The position numbers and the translations under genes are program-made. The notes under the pieces were generated by a model, which saw nothing but the letters and a program-made list of their open reading frames with translations, did not search any database and was not told the origin of the DNA. This document shows positions 26,508 to 40,400 of a stretch of DNA of 64,000 nt, piece by piece. Location: NCBI GenBank assembly GCA_964035575.1, contig OZ037839.1, forward strand, positions 1,116,001 through 1,180,000, in the 5' to 3' direction. The stretch is from Rhynchopus sp. YZ270_cl-10. Its lineage: Eukaryota. How positions within the stretch are numbered: the first letter of the stretch is position 1; the number at the start of each line of letters is the position of its first letter.

Positions 26508-28090
26508 AACTGTCAAAAGTGCCTGCCAAATTATTACGGACATGACTGTGATGTTCATTGCACCGACGACGTCACATGCCGTGGCAATGGTCAATGTGAT
26601 GCCAGCGGGAAGTGCCTGTGTGAGGATAAGTACAACGCAACCGCGGATTGCGGGAACCAAGCATCGGTTTTTTTTTTTTGCGATCCACATTTCTCCAACG
26701 CTGACAACGAAGAGCACGACTTCCATGGTGCTGACGCTTCTGGATACTACGCGTACACAGCTGACGATGTGGGTGTGACTACTTGGCACTACTTCTGCGA
26801 CGAAAAGCTTCAGAAAGGCATGACTTGTGTGGAGCGCGTGGCCATCCTACAGAAGAGCAACGGGGACGTGCTCGGGTTCAAGAGGACAGACAGGGATGGT
26901 GACTTCTGTCAAGCTGACGTCGTGCCAAGGGTCGTTTATGAACCTGGCCTCGTGCCCTCGATGGTGCTCTCAGCAGCATGCGGTGCGAGGCACCGAAGCA
27001 CGAACGTGGTGCGACGGTGGCTCTGCTGGACTCGGCTGGGCGTGTCAAAATGCTTCTCACTGTGTGGAATATGGATTTCGGGGATCCGCTTCTCAGCTTC
27101 TCCCTTCAGGTCAACGCCGCTCTTTTCGAGGAGCATTCGCTTGCGCTGCGCTCCAGGAAGGCATGTGGTACATGGTATGCGTAGTGTGTTTGCACTACGT
27201 GCCAGGTGAGGGCTGCACCAACCATATGATTGACTCGCTCATGTTCAAGGAGCAGGGGAGCGAGAAGTCCTGCTTCTGCCCGAGCGAGGCGAACCACCTC
27301 CCGTCAGACAAGCACCCCTGCACCTGGGAAGGCACTTGGCAGGCTTGTAGAGTTGCGCGAGGTACTGACACTGAGAACGTTGGCCCGCTGACGTTCGGTG
27401 ACGAAGCCACCCTGATTGAGGCACGTGTACGGATGCGGAGTGCAACGAAGTGGGCACGCATTGTCGACTTTGGGAACGGTGCACAGGGGAGCGTCGTTCT
27501 GCCAGAGAAGGCTGTCGAAGAAGCTGGGCTTTGAGACACATTCCTTCGATGCGTGCAACACAGCACAGGGGAGGCGGGTGAATTCATCTGTCGCATTGCC
27601 TGAGGAAGAGGACGTGTGGACGTGGTGCGTTCACACTAACTAAAGAAGGGGTGGCACAACAACGAACAGGTGGCGCAGGTGCGTGGGTGGCACTGCCTGA
27701 GTTTGGTACACGTGTGGAGAACCATGTGAGGACACCGAAGAAGAGAAGCGGGGATGGCTGGGACGGAGACATCGAGTACCTGACCTTCAGCACCTGCTTC
27801 GTGCACTCGCCTGCACTCCCCTCTGAGTGGTGCCTCAACCTCCCGAAAGCGAAGCACCCTGTGTCTCCTGGGGAGGTGCTCGGGCGGTTTGTGCAGGTCG
27901 AGGAAGCGTAGCCAGGGGCAGCGATGTTGGCCCGCTCACGTTTGGTGACGGGGCCATCATGATTGAGGCACGTGTGCAGATGCGGAGTGCAACGAAGTAG
28001 GCCAGCATCATCGACTTTGGGAACGGTACTGCAAAGGGGAACGTCGTGTTCGGGCAGAGAAGCGTATCGCAGAAGCTGAGCTTTGAGTCG
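26508..28090 (+). pseudogene. Duplicate of the EGF/LamG-like pseudogene fragments
   Basis: Same ORFs as 5378-6960. Confidence 0.65.
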
Positions 28091-30639
28091 CACAAGAGAG
28101 CAGAAACCCAAAAACACAAAAGGGGGAGGGCAAGGGGAGTCACAACATCTCTCTCGACACCGTGGCAAGCACGACACCGCTTTTATCGCCGAAAATAAAG
28201 TACAAATCGAAGAAAGTCTGATGGCAGACTTGGCTGCTTCAGTCAAGCCGGGTGACGGCCAGCGGTCTCATGACAGGCATTTGCGCAGGTTGTGCAAAGC
28301 ACCACAACAGATGCCCTCTTCATCCCTAGCAAAGCCTTCGTCACGACAGGGATAATTGACGATCTTTGCTCTCCTCTCCCCGGTTGTGGCGAATGATGTC
28401 GTTACGGAGACAAGGATGAAGTTGTTTGATGAGGATGGGGCGAAATGGGGAAATCGCAAAAACCCGTAGTACTTAGTACTCAGGAAAACAGGGCCAAAAA
28501 AAAGCTCGGGACTTTTTGGGACTTTTGGGATTTTTGGGCCGCGACAGAGCGAGCCCTGTACTAACTGTGGGACGTCCTGTCGCGTCGGATCAGGCTGACT
28601 AAGGGGTATGTGTGCTGATCCACCCTAGCCATAGTGTGCGGGCGAGCCGTTTTGGGCGAGTCTCGCCCACCCCAGATTTTCAGGGAAAACTCGCCTAAAT
28701 TTGGGTGCAAATCCTGATGCGCACATTCACCTTGGGGGTGAAAATGGAGGGCGGGGGTGACTGATGATAACATGCCACTCGAAAACACAAAAATTTATTT
28801 CCCAACCCAACAACACTGATAAAGCGTGAAAGAGAATAAATAAAAGCAAAGCGCCCCCAATCCCCCTGTACCCTCAGTTTCCCAAAATTCGTTTATCGTT
28901 CAGCGAATTCGAATGTTCCACGAATTCTATAAATCGAATTATATAACCCAAACCCAAACCACGTAGTTCTCACATTACGGTTCCCTTCTCTTCTGCAGCA
29001 CACAGCCTCTCACCTCTCAACAGACGAGGCAAAGGCAGCTAAAAAATAGCGTCCCCAGACAACTGAACAGGGTCGGCCTCAGCACTGTGGGTGCAGCTGT
29101 GTCCATACACAGAAGAACCCCGCAGAGCCGACGGTCCTAGGACTCTGATGCGCTGAGGGGCTGGGCAGGACTCAAGGGTACAGTCATTGAACACTGCTAC
29201 ACAGCAGTAAGGTCGCCTGGCTGCCCTCATTGAAAGCATCCTCGCCTTTGACATCAGCAGATGAAAGTAACTGGCAGTACGACCATAATAGAAGACACAC
29301 CAGTGTCTATGGCAAGACAAGCTTCCCCCCAGCCCCAAGTCCCAAACCGAATGAGAGTGCCACAGGTGGCTCTCCCACAGCCAGTACCACACCCCAAAGA
29401 GAGAGAACTCAGTAAGGACCCTGCCGTCCCAGTTGCCCCTCGGTGTCTTGATCCTCTCGCTCTCCTCACGCTTGCCCATTGTTCACCCAGTTTCCACCAA
29501 AATGTCGTGTCCACTCGAACACCTGTCGCCTGACCACACCTCCCCATCCCTCGGCCGTCCTCCAACCGCACTGCACGACGCTCTGTGCCAGTCGCAGTTG
29601 TCGACAACGAATGCGAAGAGATGCTGTGCACAGCGTGAATGCCACATCCTGTGTAGATGAACTCTACCCAAGGCTGCTGACGGGGTGTCAGCAGGCAGAC
29701 ACAAAAGAAGCAACCTTGCAACACCAACGAGCCTCACGCAAAAGAAAGAACGGGACAAAAAGCACCAAGCCATCACGAGTTGAAAGCTCTGCTTTGACCC
29801 ACCACAGACCCGCTGTGTCCCTCCCATGCTGTCCACAGCACTGCCCCCACCCTCAGGAATGCTCCCAATACTCTCCTGCATCTGCCGTACACTGCGTCAC
29901 ATGCCTGTCCTTGCATGGAAGAACGCCAAGGTGCTCTCGTGCTGCAACCACAGACAAGCTGAGGCGCGAGACAATGCACGAAAGCACCCCACGGCCAGCC
30001 ACAGTTTCCCCTCTCCCAAACCCCCCCACACTCACACTGCACCTCCCTGCCCACCCAACCCCCTAACCCACAGACCTTCACCAACCTGCGACATCAATAC
30101 CTGACAAGCAGTCATCTGAGCCAAAGTGGCAAATGGAAAACAATGCGTTTCAGCCGGAAAACACGAAAATACTCGAGATACTCGTTACTCTTTGCTTGTT
30201 ACTCAAAAGGCTAAAAACGGGAAGGGGAAAATCTTAACGTACACTCTCTGTTGAGTCTAAAACGGGGGAGGGTAAAAAAGCGCGAAAGGCAAATTGGGGA
30301 AGAGGATAGATATGTTGGACATGTCAAATGGCATGTCCCCGAAAAATTAAAGGTTGTTTGTTGTTCGCTTCCAGGGTGCGTCAGCGGTACAACAAGCGGG
30401 GAGGTGGATACGCAGAGCGCGACTGTTCACGAGGGTCTCGAGCATTTTGTCAAATACTATGTATTTATTGAAAATAATCCAAACTGCTCAAAACACCGTT
30501 TATCTGCGGAGAATGTGTCAAAGGAGTCGAAGGAGTGTTCGTGGTGGAGGTCGGGGTACGGTGAGCAGAGGTATTGAACTGCAGGAGAAGAGGTGGAGGA
30601 GGGGCTGCACAGACACGCAGAGGAGCAGCAACTATGCCT

Positions 30640-31830
30640 CACTGTCGCAACGGCCCATCACCATACCGGCGGTGCTCCACAGGGTATGGACGGACCAAAC
30701 TGCGTTGAAGTTGTCACCGCACGACTGCAGGCCGAACCATGGTACGCAGTAGAAAGGGCTGTGGACCTATTGGCATGGTACGGTACAGTTCGCTGCACAC
30801 CTCACCGGGTGAGGAGCTATTGCATGGCTGTCGACTTTAAGAAACGCTTCGGCACATGCCCATACACATGCCCATACATGCCATATCACTAGCCGAACAT
30901 CTCGGGTTTGACCACACTGTCACCACCGTGCTGAGAAAAGCTTATGCTTGAATCAAGCGACGTCAAATGCGATGCGTCTATCGGCTAACTTGTCGAACCG
31001 TTTCTCCTCACCACCTGCATCGCGAGGCTGCCCGATCAGTGTAGCATTGAACAACGCCATCAGTGTGCATGATTCACATGGATTACCTCGACACACAGGC
31101 GCTTTCATCTATCGATGACTACACCACATCACGCAGATAGCTGACAGCAGGGTCACCTAACGATGGGGGTGAGCCAGTCCACGTAGTACTCCTTCGCGAC
31201 ACGGCACCCTCAAGGTGGAGCTGAAGCAATGCGATGAGGCCGCCCTGTCAGCTGCACCTTGCCCGTATTCCTCGAGCAGAACAACGAGCTTGACTGCATA
31301 GGTGATGGCGTATGCGCAACCGGCAATTGGCAATGCAACCCCAAGGCTTCGGGCATCCAACCACATTGCTACCCGCACCGAGACCTCCTATGGCAGCCTG
31401 CAAAGAGTCACGACGCTGCCTACCCCGACACCATCACACCACCATCGCAGGGTGCTGCTTCTACGACATCCATCACGAGCAAGGCCCAACAGCATGGCGT
31501 GGAGATAGGTGCCTGCTTGGCAAGGCAGGTCTCTTACAGCAAACGCATACGGAATACGGGGCACGTCTGCCCTCCGTTCCATGTGGTGTAGAAGGGAACA
31601 CTTCATGGCGCATCCATAAGGCCTGATGCGAGGTCTGTGCTGGCCAGAAGGGTAGGCCCGTGGAGGTGTGTTGCAAGCTGCACCAGCGATGATAACGCCC
31701 TCATGGTGTTAATGGGGGCTGTGGGGAGCAAAAGGCTCGCAGGGTGTGTGTGCATGTGTAATTGCGCTGTGAGGATGAGAAAGAATGCGAGTCGTACCAT
31801 AGGTGGGAAATCATTAAAACCTTCCTCCCA
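30640..31830 (+). pseudogene. Degenerate non-LTR retrotransposon RT remnant (more complete copy)
   Basis: Motifs in the correct order across shifting frames: RPITIPAVLHRVW (30651), YCMAVDFKKRFG (~30818), RGCPISVALNNAI (~31023), SSIDDYT (~31105), then a CEDEKECESYHRW Cys/His patch (~31768). Confidence 0.7.
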
Positions 31831-32669
31831 ACCCCCAACCCCACCCCCTGCATCATGGAACGATCCTTCTGAATAGTCTGCAGTGATGTAAACACCCACT
31901 CACTATGGGCTACACTCTGCACTCAGGAACACCCATACTTGACAAGCAACACAGCATCATTGAACCTTGTGGACCTTATAGACCACTGCAAGTCCCCCCC
32001 ACGCTTGCCCGCCCAAGTCCGCAGGCATCGTATGCACTTCGGCCATCTCTGCCGAAGTGCCAGCATACGCATACAGCCAACGTCCCTCATTGTTTCAGAA
32101 TATGGATCGAACCCTCGTTGTTCCCTGATATGTCTTGTTGTTGGCGACGAGTTGAAAGCTCTGCTTTGACCCACCACAGACCCGCTGTGTCCCTCCCATG
32201 CTGTCCACAGCACTGCCCCCACCCTCAGCAATGCTCCTAATGCTCCCACACATCAAAAGTATATGTTACAAGAACTTGACCCCACCCTCACCACAGTGGC
32301 ACCCGATTAGCACCATCATCACTGAAACAAAAAGCACACCCCCTCTTTTATTTTCCTCTATTTTGTGTGTGCAGACACCCGAGGATGCACTCCACTCCAC
32401 TCCACACACCCTCTATCTCTGTCCTCTCCATTGCCCACTACGAACCCACTTGGCAGAGTTTTCTAACAATTCTTCATTTTTCCACAAATCTCTAATCTCA
32501 CGGAGCACCTGGCTCCTCTTCAGGGGTGGAGGTGCGTCTACTGACCCGGTTTCAAAACCGGGTCAAAAAAAAAAAAATGGGATTTTGGCGAAAAACCCGG
32601 TTTGGAAAAAAAAAAAAAAATGGGATTTGCAATTTTGGGAGAAAATCGATTTTTTTTGGTACCTCACAC

Positions 32670-32898
32670 GAGCCTCTGAGAGTGACCAGAAATGGCCTCA
32701 TGAACAAAGTGACTCCGTCACAGCCAGAACGCGACTCAATTAGTCAAACGCCGAAGCAAAAGGAAGCATGCAGCATGGCGAAATAATAAAAGTAGCGTAC
32801 CGTGCGCCTGCGGCGCAAGCTTGCAACCCACCCCAAAATGTACAATTTTAAGCGCATTTTTTTTTGAAATGTTGCGTACCGTGGCTTCGCCAGGAGCC
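32670..32898. repeat. ~230-bp repeat, inverted copy at 36850-37100; carries hairpin+CGGTACGC motifs
   Basis: GAGCCTCTGAGAGTGACCAG...GTAGCGTACCGTGCGCCTGCGGCGC...GCGTACCGTGGCTTCGCCAGG matches the reverse complement of 36850-37100. Confidence 0.88.
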
Positions 32899-33625
32899 TT
32901 TGGGGCCATGATTGCCGAGAAATCCACTTTTGCCGAGTGCGTGAAGTTCGGTGTGCTGCACAACGGGGGAACATGGACCCTACTCCCCTTCATCAAGGCA
33001 CAAACGCTGTTGCGCAAGTTCCCCGCCAAAGAAGTGTAACAACCAGGTCGCACGTGCAGTGTCATTTTCGCGCGCAGCGCGAAAATTTTTTTTTTGACCC
33101 CAAAAAGCTCAGACCGGGTCAAACCGGGTCTTTTTTGAAAATCCCAAATCTATCTCCATCTCTGCTCCTCTTTAAAAAAAAAAAAAAAAAAAACTCTAAA
33201 TACAGTATGGCACAGACTTGAAGATGAACAATAGTATACCTAACTGCGCACACAAAAAAAAGTGAAGTCACCTCCGACTGACCCACGTACGATGCCAGCC
33301 ATCCGGATGAAAGCACAAGTACCCTGCGGCCAACAACAGAAGATGTAAAAGGAAACCTAATGACTGGCCCGTACCGTAAGAGAACGAGGGCGGTTCACAA
33401 CCGCTCGACAGCCGGCGGCCCACCTTCCGTTGGAGAGTTGTGAGCTTACAGGTACTGCAGTTCGCTGCACCCAACGCTTGATGCACGATAGTCTACACAA
33501 GAGAGCAGAAACCCAAAAACACAAAAAGGGTGGGCGGGGTCACAACATCTCTCTCTTGGCGCCCCATGCTGTACCGACAGGGAAAAAAATATATATCGAA
33601 TTTTAGCAGCGTAGTCCCTGAGATT

Positions 33626-33737
33626 CAGGGCGTTCGCCCCGGGGCGAAAAATATTTTTTTTCGTTAAAAAAATCTTTTCCTGAAAAAATGACATTTTATT
33701 TCGCCCCAGGGCTTCGCCCCACCGGGGCGAAACCCTG
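33626..33737. mobile_element. Small MITE-like remnant with CAGGG...CCCTG ends and TTCGCCCC/GGGGCGAA repeats
   Basis: Imperfect TIRs and repeated subterminal motifs; no TSD seen. Confidence 0.45.
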
Positions 33738-35433
33738 TATAAATAAATAAATAAAAAAATAAATAAATAAAAAAAGGGGGGGGGGGGGGGGTAGGGGGGT
33801 CCGTCCGGCCGTTTTTGCTGTCCCAAACCACTTTTTTTTGTAAAAACCCGCGAAAAACCCGAAAAACCACCTCAAAACACCCCCAAACCCCCAAAAAATC
33901 ACCCAAAACCACGAAAAACACACTTTTGAGCACTATTTCGCACTTTTTTCTGATTTTTTTGGTGTTTTTTTCCGCTTTTTCCGCTTTTTTCCATGGAATT
34001 ATACCCCCTAATATGCCTATAGAATCCCTGTACTGCTCACTGAGACAGCATATCGACCAGAGGCTCCTTATTCATCGTACCGGTGTCTTCGTCGTGAAGG
34101 GGTGCACAATCTGCCGCAAATTCCTGCAACTCTGTCTTTGTCAAGAGATGAAGCACTCTAGTGTTGTACTTTTCAAGTTGCTACTTCTGGGTGATTTGCA
34201 TGGACCTGCCTTTGTGGTGCGCTTGGTGTATCCTGCGGCAAGTTCTTCCCTTGAGAGATACGGAACCCAACCTAGACTGTAGAGGATGTCTAGGTTTCAG
34301 CGACAGTGGGTCGGTGTTGTCGGGGTGCTGGCTCCTTCCGTGGTGGCTTGCAACTTGGTCAAGGACACCGACAATGGATTCGCACGAATCATTGGTCATA
34401 GGAGGAGGCAAGGAAGGCTTTACTGCACTTAGGCACAGGGTACGTTCTCATTTTCAGGGACCAAAAAGCCCCAGTAAGTGTTGCAAGTGCGATTTTCCAC
34501 AGCTCGGGAGGTCTGTCAGGCAGTTCGGAGGGATTTAGACACTTCTGCGACTGCCTGAATACGCCTTTTAGGGTTTTTATTTTGGGTGCGAAATACGTCA
34601 AAAGGATGGGGGGAAATACCGTTATTTTAAGCGTTGCAGACACAAAAACACCCTCAAAAACCCCCCAGGGACCCCAAAAAGCTGCAAAATCCACACATGT
34701 CCACCTCGGGACCTCATTGGGGGTGGACCGAGGTGGTTTTTTGGTGTTTTGAATGAATTGGTATTATTTTTTTTTGGTAAATAAGTGGTCTTCTGCTAGG
34801 CGTTGCATAGCCGTTGCTTAAGTGTTGCATAAGTGTTGCATGGCCTATAAAACCCTCCCAAGTGCCCAAAATGCTATTTTTCACCCTACATGGGGTCTGG
34901 GGGACATTTTCCTGGGTGTTTGGACACCATTCCGACTACCTTGGCACTTTTTTGGGGGTTTTCAGGTACAAAAAAAGTCAAAAAAGTGACTAAAAAAAGG
35001 GTACTTTTAAGCGTTTGGGGCACACACACCCACTGCAAAATGCATCTGGGGCCCACACAGGACCCCTAAAAGCTGTAAAAACTATATATTTCCACCCTGG
35101 GACCCCACCGGATGTGGACTGGGGTGTTTTTCGGGTGTTTAGAAGGATTTTTGTCTGATTGGAGAATTTTTTTGGTAAGTGTTGCATTTTGGCCCATGTT
35201 GATGACGATTTGATGACGCTATTTTTGGAGATTTTTCACAAAAAACCGATTTTTTTTAACCAGGAAAGTCTCTGTAGAGGTTGTCAGGTGGTTTAATGGG
35301 ATATTTTCGTGATCCCCAGGGCGATTTGCGGCCAGGTACGACCTTTTTAGTGGGTTTCTTCACCTAAATTTCAAAAAAATGGGTTTGGGACAGCAAATCC
35401 TTAAGGAATTCCTTCTACGTGGACCCCCCTAGG

Positions 35434-35638
35434 CATAGTGTGCAGACGAACAAAATGTTCGTCGATGTTCGTCGTGGGGGGAAAAAAATTTTTTGTTCGT
35501 CGATGTTCGTCGTTGTTCGTCGTGGGTTGCCCTTGTGGCAGGGACCTGTTCGTCGATGTTCGTCGACGAACATCGACGAACAAAACCGACGAACATTTTG
35601 TTCGTCGACGAACCAAAAATGTTCGTCTGCACACTATG
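35434..35638. mobile_element. 205-bp MITE with 19-bp TIRs (CATAGTGTGCAGACGAACA), flanked by CCTAGG
   Basis: Perfect TIRs, internal TTCGTCGA repeats in both orientations, and CCTAGG on each side. Confidence 0.85.
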
Positions 35639-35719
35639 CCTAGGGGGGGGGGGGGGGAAAGAGAGAGAGATTTCTCCCCACCACCCTGTCGACCCCCCCG
35701 GAGGGGGGGTCGTAGAGGG

Positions 35720-36052
35720 CTGTCCACTGTACTCAAAATCATCCGCAAACCCGCCTGCCGTGAGAGGAAGTTTCCCCAGCACTCCCGCTCCTCAATCCTG
35801 CAGTCTGCTGAAGGTGCCCCGTACCCCCTGTTATAGAAGGTGTCACTGCTCGTGTCAACTCTATCTTCAACGGCAGAGAGACGTTTTAGTTTATTGAAAA
35901 TAATCAAACTAAGGATGAAGTCTCATATGACAGATGCCTCTCTCTTGTGCATCTGTTTGATTAAACAGCACAAAGAGACCCTCAGTGAGGGGGGGATTGA
36001 TGAAATTCTCCATCGTTTTGCTGGTTTTAGTATCAGGAAAGTTCAGCTGTAA
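35720..36052 (+). pseudogene. hAT transposase C-terminal dimerisation-domain remnant (ZMYM1/ZNF862-like type)
   Basis: YPLL*KVSLLVSTLSSTAERRFSLLKIIKLRMKSHMTD...IDEILHRFAGFSIRKVQL* matches the ER.FS.LK.IK..R..M pattern; contains an in-frame stop. Confidence 0.75.
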
Positions 36053-37487
36053 TAGCACTTGTGCTGGGGAAGGGATCACGCGCAAATCGCAATTTTTTTT
36101 GACCACTCAGTACCAGGGATTCACCCCCCACGAACTAGCTTCTCTCCGGCGGGAAAATTTTTTTTGACCTATTTTAACAGTGTCTTATCCAGGAATCCAG
36201 ATTTTCAGTTTGGGGGGGGTCAGTTTGTTTTTTTTGCCCAATTTTTTTTTTAGCACGACCAGGGAAGACACTGGGAACATAGTGAACTTGTATGTTTTTT
36301 TTTTGCGGAGCAAAAAAAAAACAATATAAATGGCGCCGCAGGCGAAAATTTTTTTGGGTACGGTGTAAATGTATAGCTTTTTACACCACGCCGAGGAAAC
36401 ACCTCAAACCCAGCTGAAAAAACTGACCCCCCCCACCGGCCCAAATTTCCGGAGAAAATTTGGGGGGGGGGGTCACTGACCCCCCCAACCGGCCCAAAAA
36501 ATACACTGTATTTTAAGCACTAGTAAAAAAGCAAAAATTTCGGATTTTTTGGCATTTCGCCACGATCAGGAAAAAACGATGGCGATAGCGAACGCCCTGC
36601 TGAGATTTCCAAAAAAATAAAAAAGCTAGTGCCATGCACTACCACTTTTTTGCAAATAAAAAAAAAAAAAATAAAAACGCTAGGTTCAAAACTCGGTCGA
36701 GCCCGGCCCAGCTCAAATTCGGGGCCCCGGCGGAATGTGAGAATTCCTCGGGTATCCAACTGCGGAGTTCAACTTCATTGATATTTGCGCCAGACACGAA
36801 TTATCAGTAACCTCAGTACATGTACAAAAAGAAACGGTGGTCATAGCATCAAGGTTCCTGGCGAAGACAGGGTACGCAATAATTCAAAAAACTGCGCTTA
36901 AAATTGTACATTTTTACAGCCATACGATGTCATGGGAAGGTGGGTTGCAAATTTCCGCCGCAGGCGCACGGTACGCTACTTTTATTATTTCGCCATGCTG
37001 CATGTTTCCTTTTCCTTCGGCGTTTGATCAATTGAGTCGCGCTTTGGCTGTGACGGGGTCACTTTGTTCATGAGGCCAGTTCTGGTCACTCTCAGAGGCT
37101 TATGTCTCTGCGTGTCTGGCAAGTGTAAACTTTCTGAAAAAAGAAAAAAAAAAGTGGTAGTGCCCGGCACTAGCAAGAAAATTTTCAAAATTAAATAGGT
37201 AGTGCCGATGCACTAGCAGTTTGGGCAAGCTAGACTACACTGAATTTTAGACCACACTATTCATATAGGATAACAGCCACAATGTGCACAACAAAAAAAA
37301 GTTATCTAATACACCACGAATCTGGCAGGAGCTACCCCCGTCGTCGAGCCAAAAAATATTGACTCACATCCTAACACAAAGTAAAGTTGATAGTGCAAAA
37401 CACCTCTGAGACGCAGGCACTGACACTCCGGCGGGTTATCGAACCCCCCCGGAGAAAACATTTCCCCCCCCGTCTCTCTTCCCCATT

Positions 37488-40400
37488 TTAACCCTGCTTC
37501 GAAAGCATGGAGCGGGACAGCCCTTCGATCACCGAGTCGACCTCCTGTGAACCTTTCATCACATCTTGGATGCTTCGCACCGATGTGAGCGATGCTGTCC
37601 TGCTGCCGAGCCCTAAGGACGATACACTGCTTTCAAATGGCTTTGGCCGTACGGACTTGGCTGTGGAGCGGCTTGCCGCTTGCGAAAGAAGCGATGCAAT
37701 GGACATTTGGCTGTTCGCCTTCGTGAGACCTACTGAGAAGGGGAGGGCACGTGACGAAGATGAAGGAGCTACCGGTGCTACTCTGTCTGCTTCTCCTTCT
37801 CCTTCTCCTTCTCCTGCTCCTGCTCCTGCCGCTGCATTCTCAGGTGCATTGAGCAGACTAGGGAGGGATTTTAATGTTGCCTGCAAATCTATTGCAGGAA
37901 CCTGAAGGGATCGGATCGACTGCGCCCGCCGCGATCTGTTGAGGGCAGAGCTTGTCACTTTGTCGTCGATCTGTGCAGACAACATGCCTACCCCTGCCAG
38001 GTCACCACGCATCATGGCCGCAGTCTGCTCTCTACGAAGAGCGTCTAGCTCTGCACCATCCGCAGCAGTGTCCACTGCAATGTCGACGTCAGGGTTGACC
38101 ACGTGGTCATCGGGCACATTGCTGACATCTTCTGCACGCGACTCTTCCTCGTCGTCAACCCACTCCACGCTGTGCTGTTCAGAGTGCACCGTAGGCGTCT
38201 GCACGGTAGTCATAAACTGCTCCGACGGCGTGGTCACAGCTACCTCCTGCAGATACGCAGGCGGTGTGGCAGGACGGAACAACCCTGCAGCCCGCTCCAC
38301 TGCCTCGGAGTACCCTCTCTCTGGGGACACGCTGGGACGCGGTGCAGACTCATCTCCCCCTAGGGCATTGTGCACGACGTCAGCTGGTTGCGACACTTCG
38401 CGAAGTTCTGGGGAGTCTTCGCGTGGTGGAGGGGGTGGTGGCTGCGGCGGCGGTGTCGGGTCCAACGTAAGAAAGCGGTACCCAGACGGCGGCTTTGTGT
38501 TCTTCGGACTGCACTCCTGACGCTTGATGCCGAGCTCCTGGCGGAGGTCGGTGGTGACGTGCTTTGTTGCGGGGCAGTAGTAGTGTTTGTGCCCGGTGCG
38601 GAGGTTGCGCAGGACGACCCACTCACCACGCTGCAACGCCGCCAGCACCGCTGGGTCTGTCTCGACCTCGTTGTCGTCCTCGTTGGCAGCAATGAAGACC
38701 TTCGTGGTGTGGTTCTCCTGCTCGACGTTGTCCGCTGCTGCCACATCTGTCGTTGTGGTTGGGATGTCCTCTACGGTGCGCACCACCTGCCCGGTAGCAC
38801 GATTGAAATAAAAGGTGGAGCCGTCGCGCGCTTCGCACCGCCGCCATGCGACCAGATCAGCCACGTTGTCCACCTCGCTGTGCGCATGCGACATAACGCT
38901 GTGGCGACGTTGCAGCAGGGCGAGGGGGCAGTTCTCGTCCTCTTCGTCGTCGTCGTCGTCGTTCAGGAAAAAGGCACACTGCCGCTCATAGACCTCGCGG
39001 GCCGCAGGCTGCCCTGCAGGCTTCTGAGTACCCTGCGCGACACCCGCCACAGCCTCGTCCTCGCTGTCGTACGCATCTGCCTCCAGGTCCGTCAGCGCCT
39101 CTGCGCACTGCTCCGCTTCCACCACCCGCGCATTCGCCTCTTCCGCACGACGTACCTGACCTGGTCCTCTCCCCGCAAAAACTGTGTTGTTCGCGGTGTT
39201 GTACGGCGGAACCCTCAGGGCGCTCCTCGCCACAGAGATGACGGTTCCAGGGAGAACGTCGTAGCCCATGCCCTGCAAGGTGTCTGCACGCATCCATTCG
39301 TGCCGCACACTGTCGCCACTGCGTGTTCCGATGAAGTCTGTGGTGCTGCTTGCGGCGGGGGTCCTTCTAAGGAGGGTCACAGCAATGCGCTCATCTACTG
39401 CAGTGATGATACAGAGAAACCACATGCTGGTGTCGGGGAGCGAGAGAAGCACCTCCGCTATGTCGTGCTCGGCCCAGTCCATATGTGGTGCGCCTCTCAG
39501 GTACATAGCTTCGCGTCTGCGTGCGGTGGTCGTGTCTGTGTAGTATGACGAAGGGAAGTGTGGTGGGCGCAGCTGTGGTGCCGTCACGTTCATAAGAGTT
39601 CCGTTCATCGAGACGTCGATGCTGCGGTCGAGCCGTACCGTGAGGATGCGGCAAGGCAGCCAGCTGTCTTCACATAGGACCTCTGCAAACTCATTTGCAC
39701 TCCACTGCTGTCGTGACACCCCCGCGGGAGGCTCGCCTGCCTCAGGGGGTGCGCTTAATGTGCCCAAGGCACTCTGCGGCACCACCAAGACATTGCCCTC
39801 CCCATCCACCACCTCCAAAGACCATGAGACCAACGGCAGCCCCGTGCCCACATCCACAGTCTCCTCTTTGTTCACTGCGAGAACGTTGCACGGCTTTGAG
39901 TCGTTCTCGAGGTGTACCTTGACAGCGTCCCCTACACAGACCTCGGGTGGCGCTGTATCCACCGCATATGGGCTAGGAGCTGTAGGGTGTGTTGCGGAGG
40001 TGCCTGTTGTGTTGTTAAATGCGAGGGGGCCCTGCAGTGCTGGGGGCGGGCGGAGATCGTCGAAAGGGACGCAGTGTGTTGTGCCGCCTGCTTGCACGGT
40101 GTAGGTGCTGTCGCCACGTTGCAGCACCTTGCACGGCCACCACTCAGAGGTGGTGTTGTTCTTCTGTGGGGTGTAGCCTTCGAAGTAGCGTGGTGTAGTG
40201 GTCGTGAGGCGCACCTCGGCGTGGTCACCAGGCGTAAAGGTGGGTGCACCCTTTCTGCGGATCAGCGTGTCTACGTCACGTCGCTGCAGTTCTTCGTCAG
40301 TGAGGAAGAAAGCGTCGAGCTTCGCAAGCCCTGCCACGCTGTCCTCGTGTGGCAGAAACACGCAGTGTAGGTTGTACAGGGCAGTCAGGACAACACGGAT

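Larger units (their letters stand above)
24003..32352 (+). repeat. Segmental duplication copy 2
   Basis: Matches 2873-11001. The tail (to ~32503) also matches 19312-19481. Confidence 0.97.
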
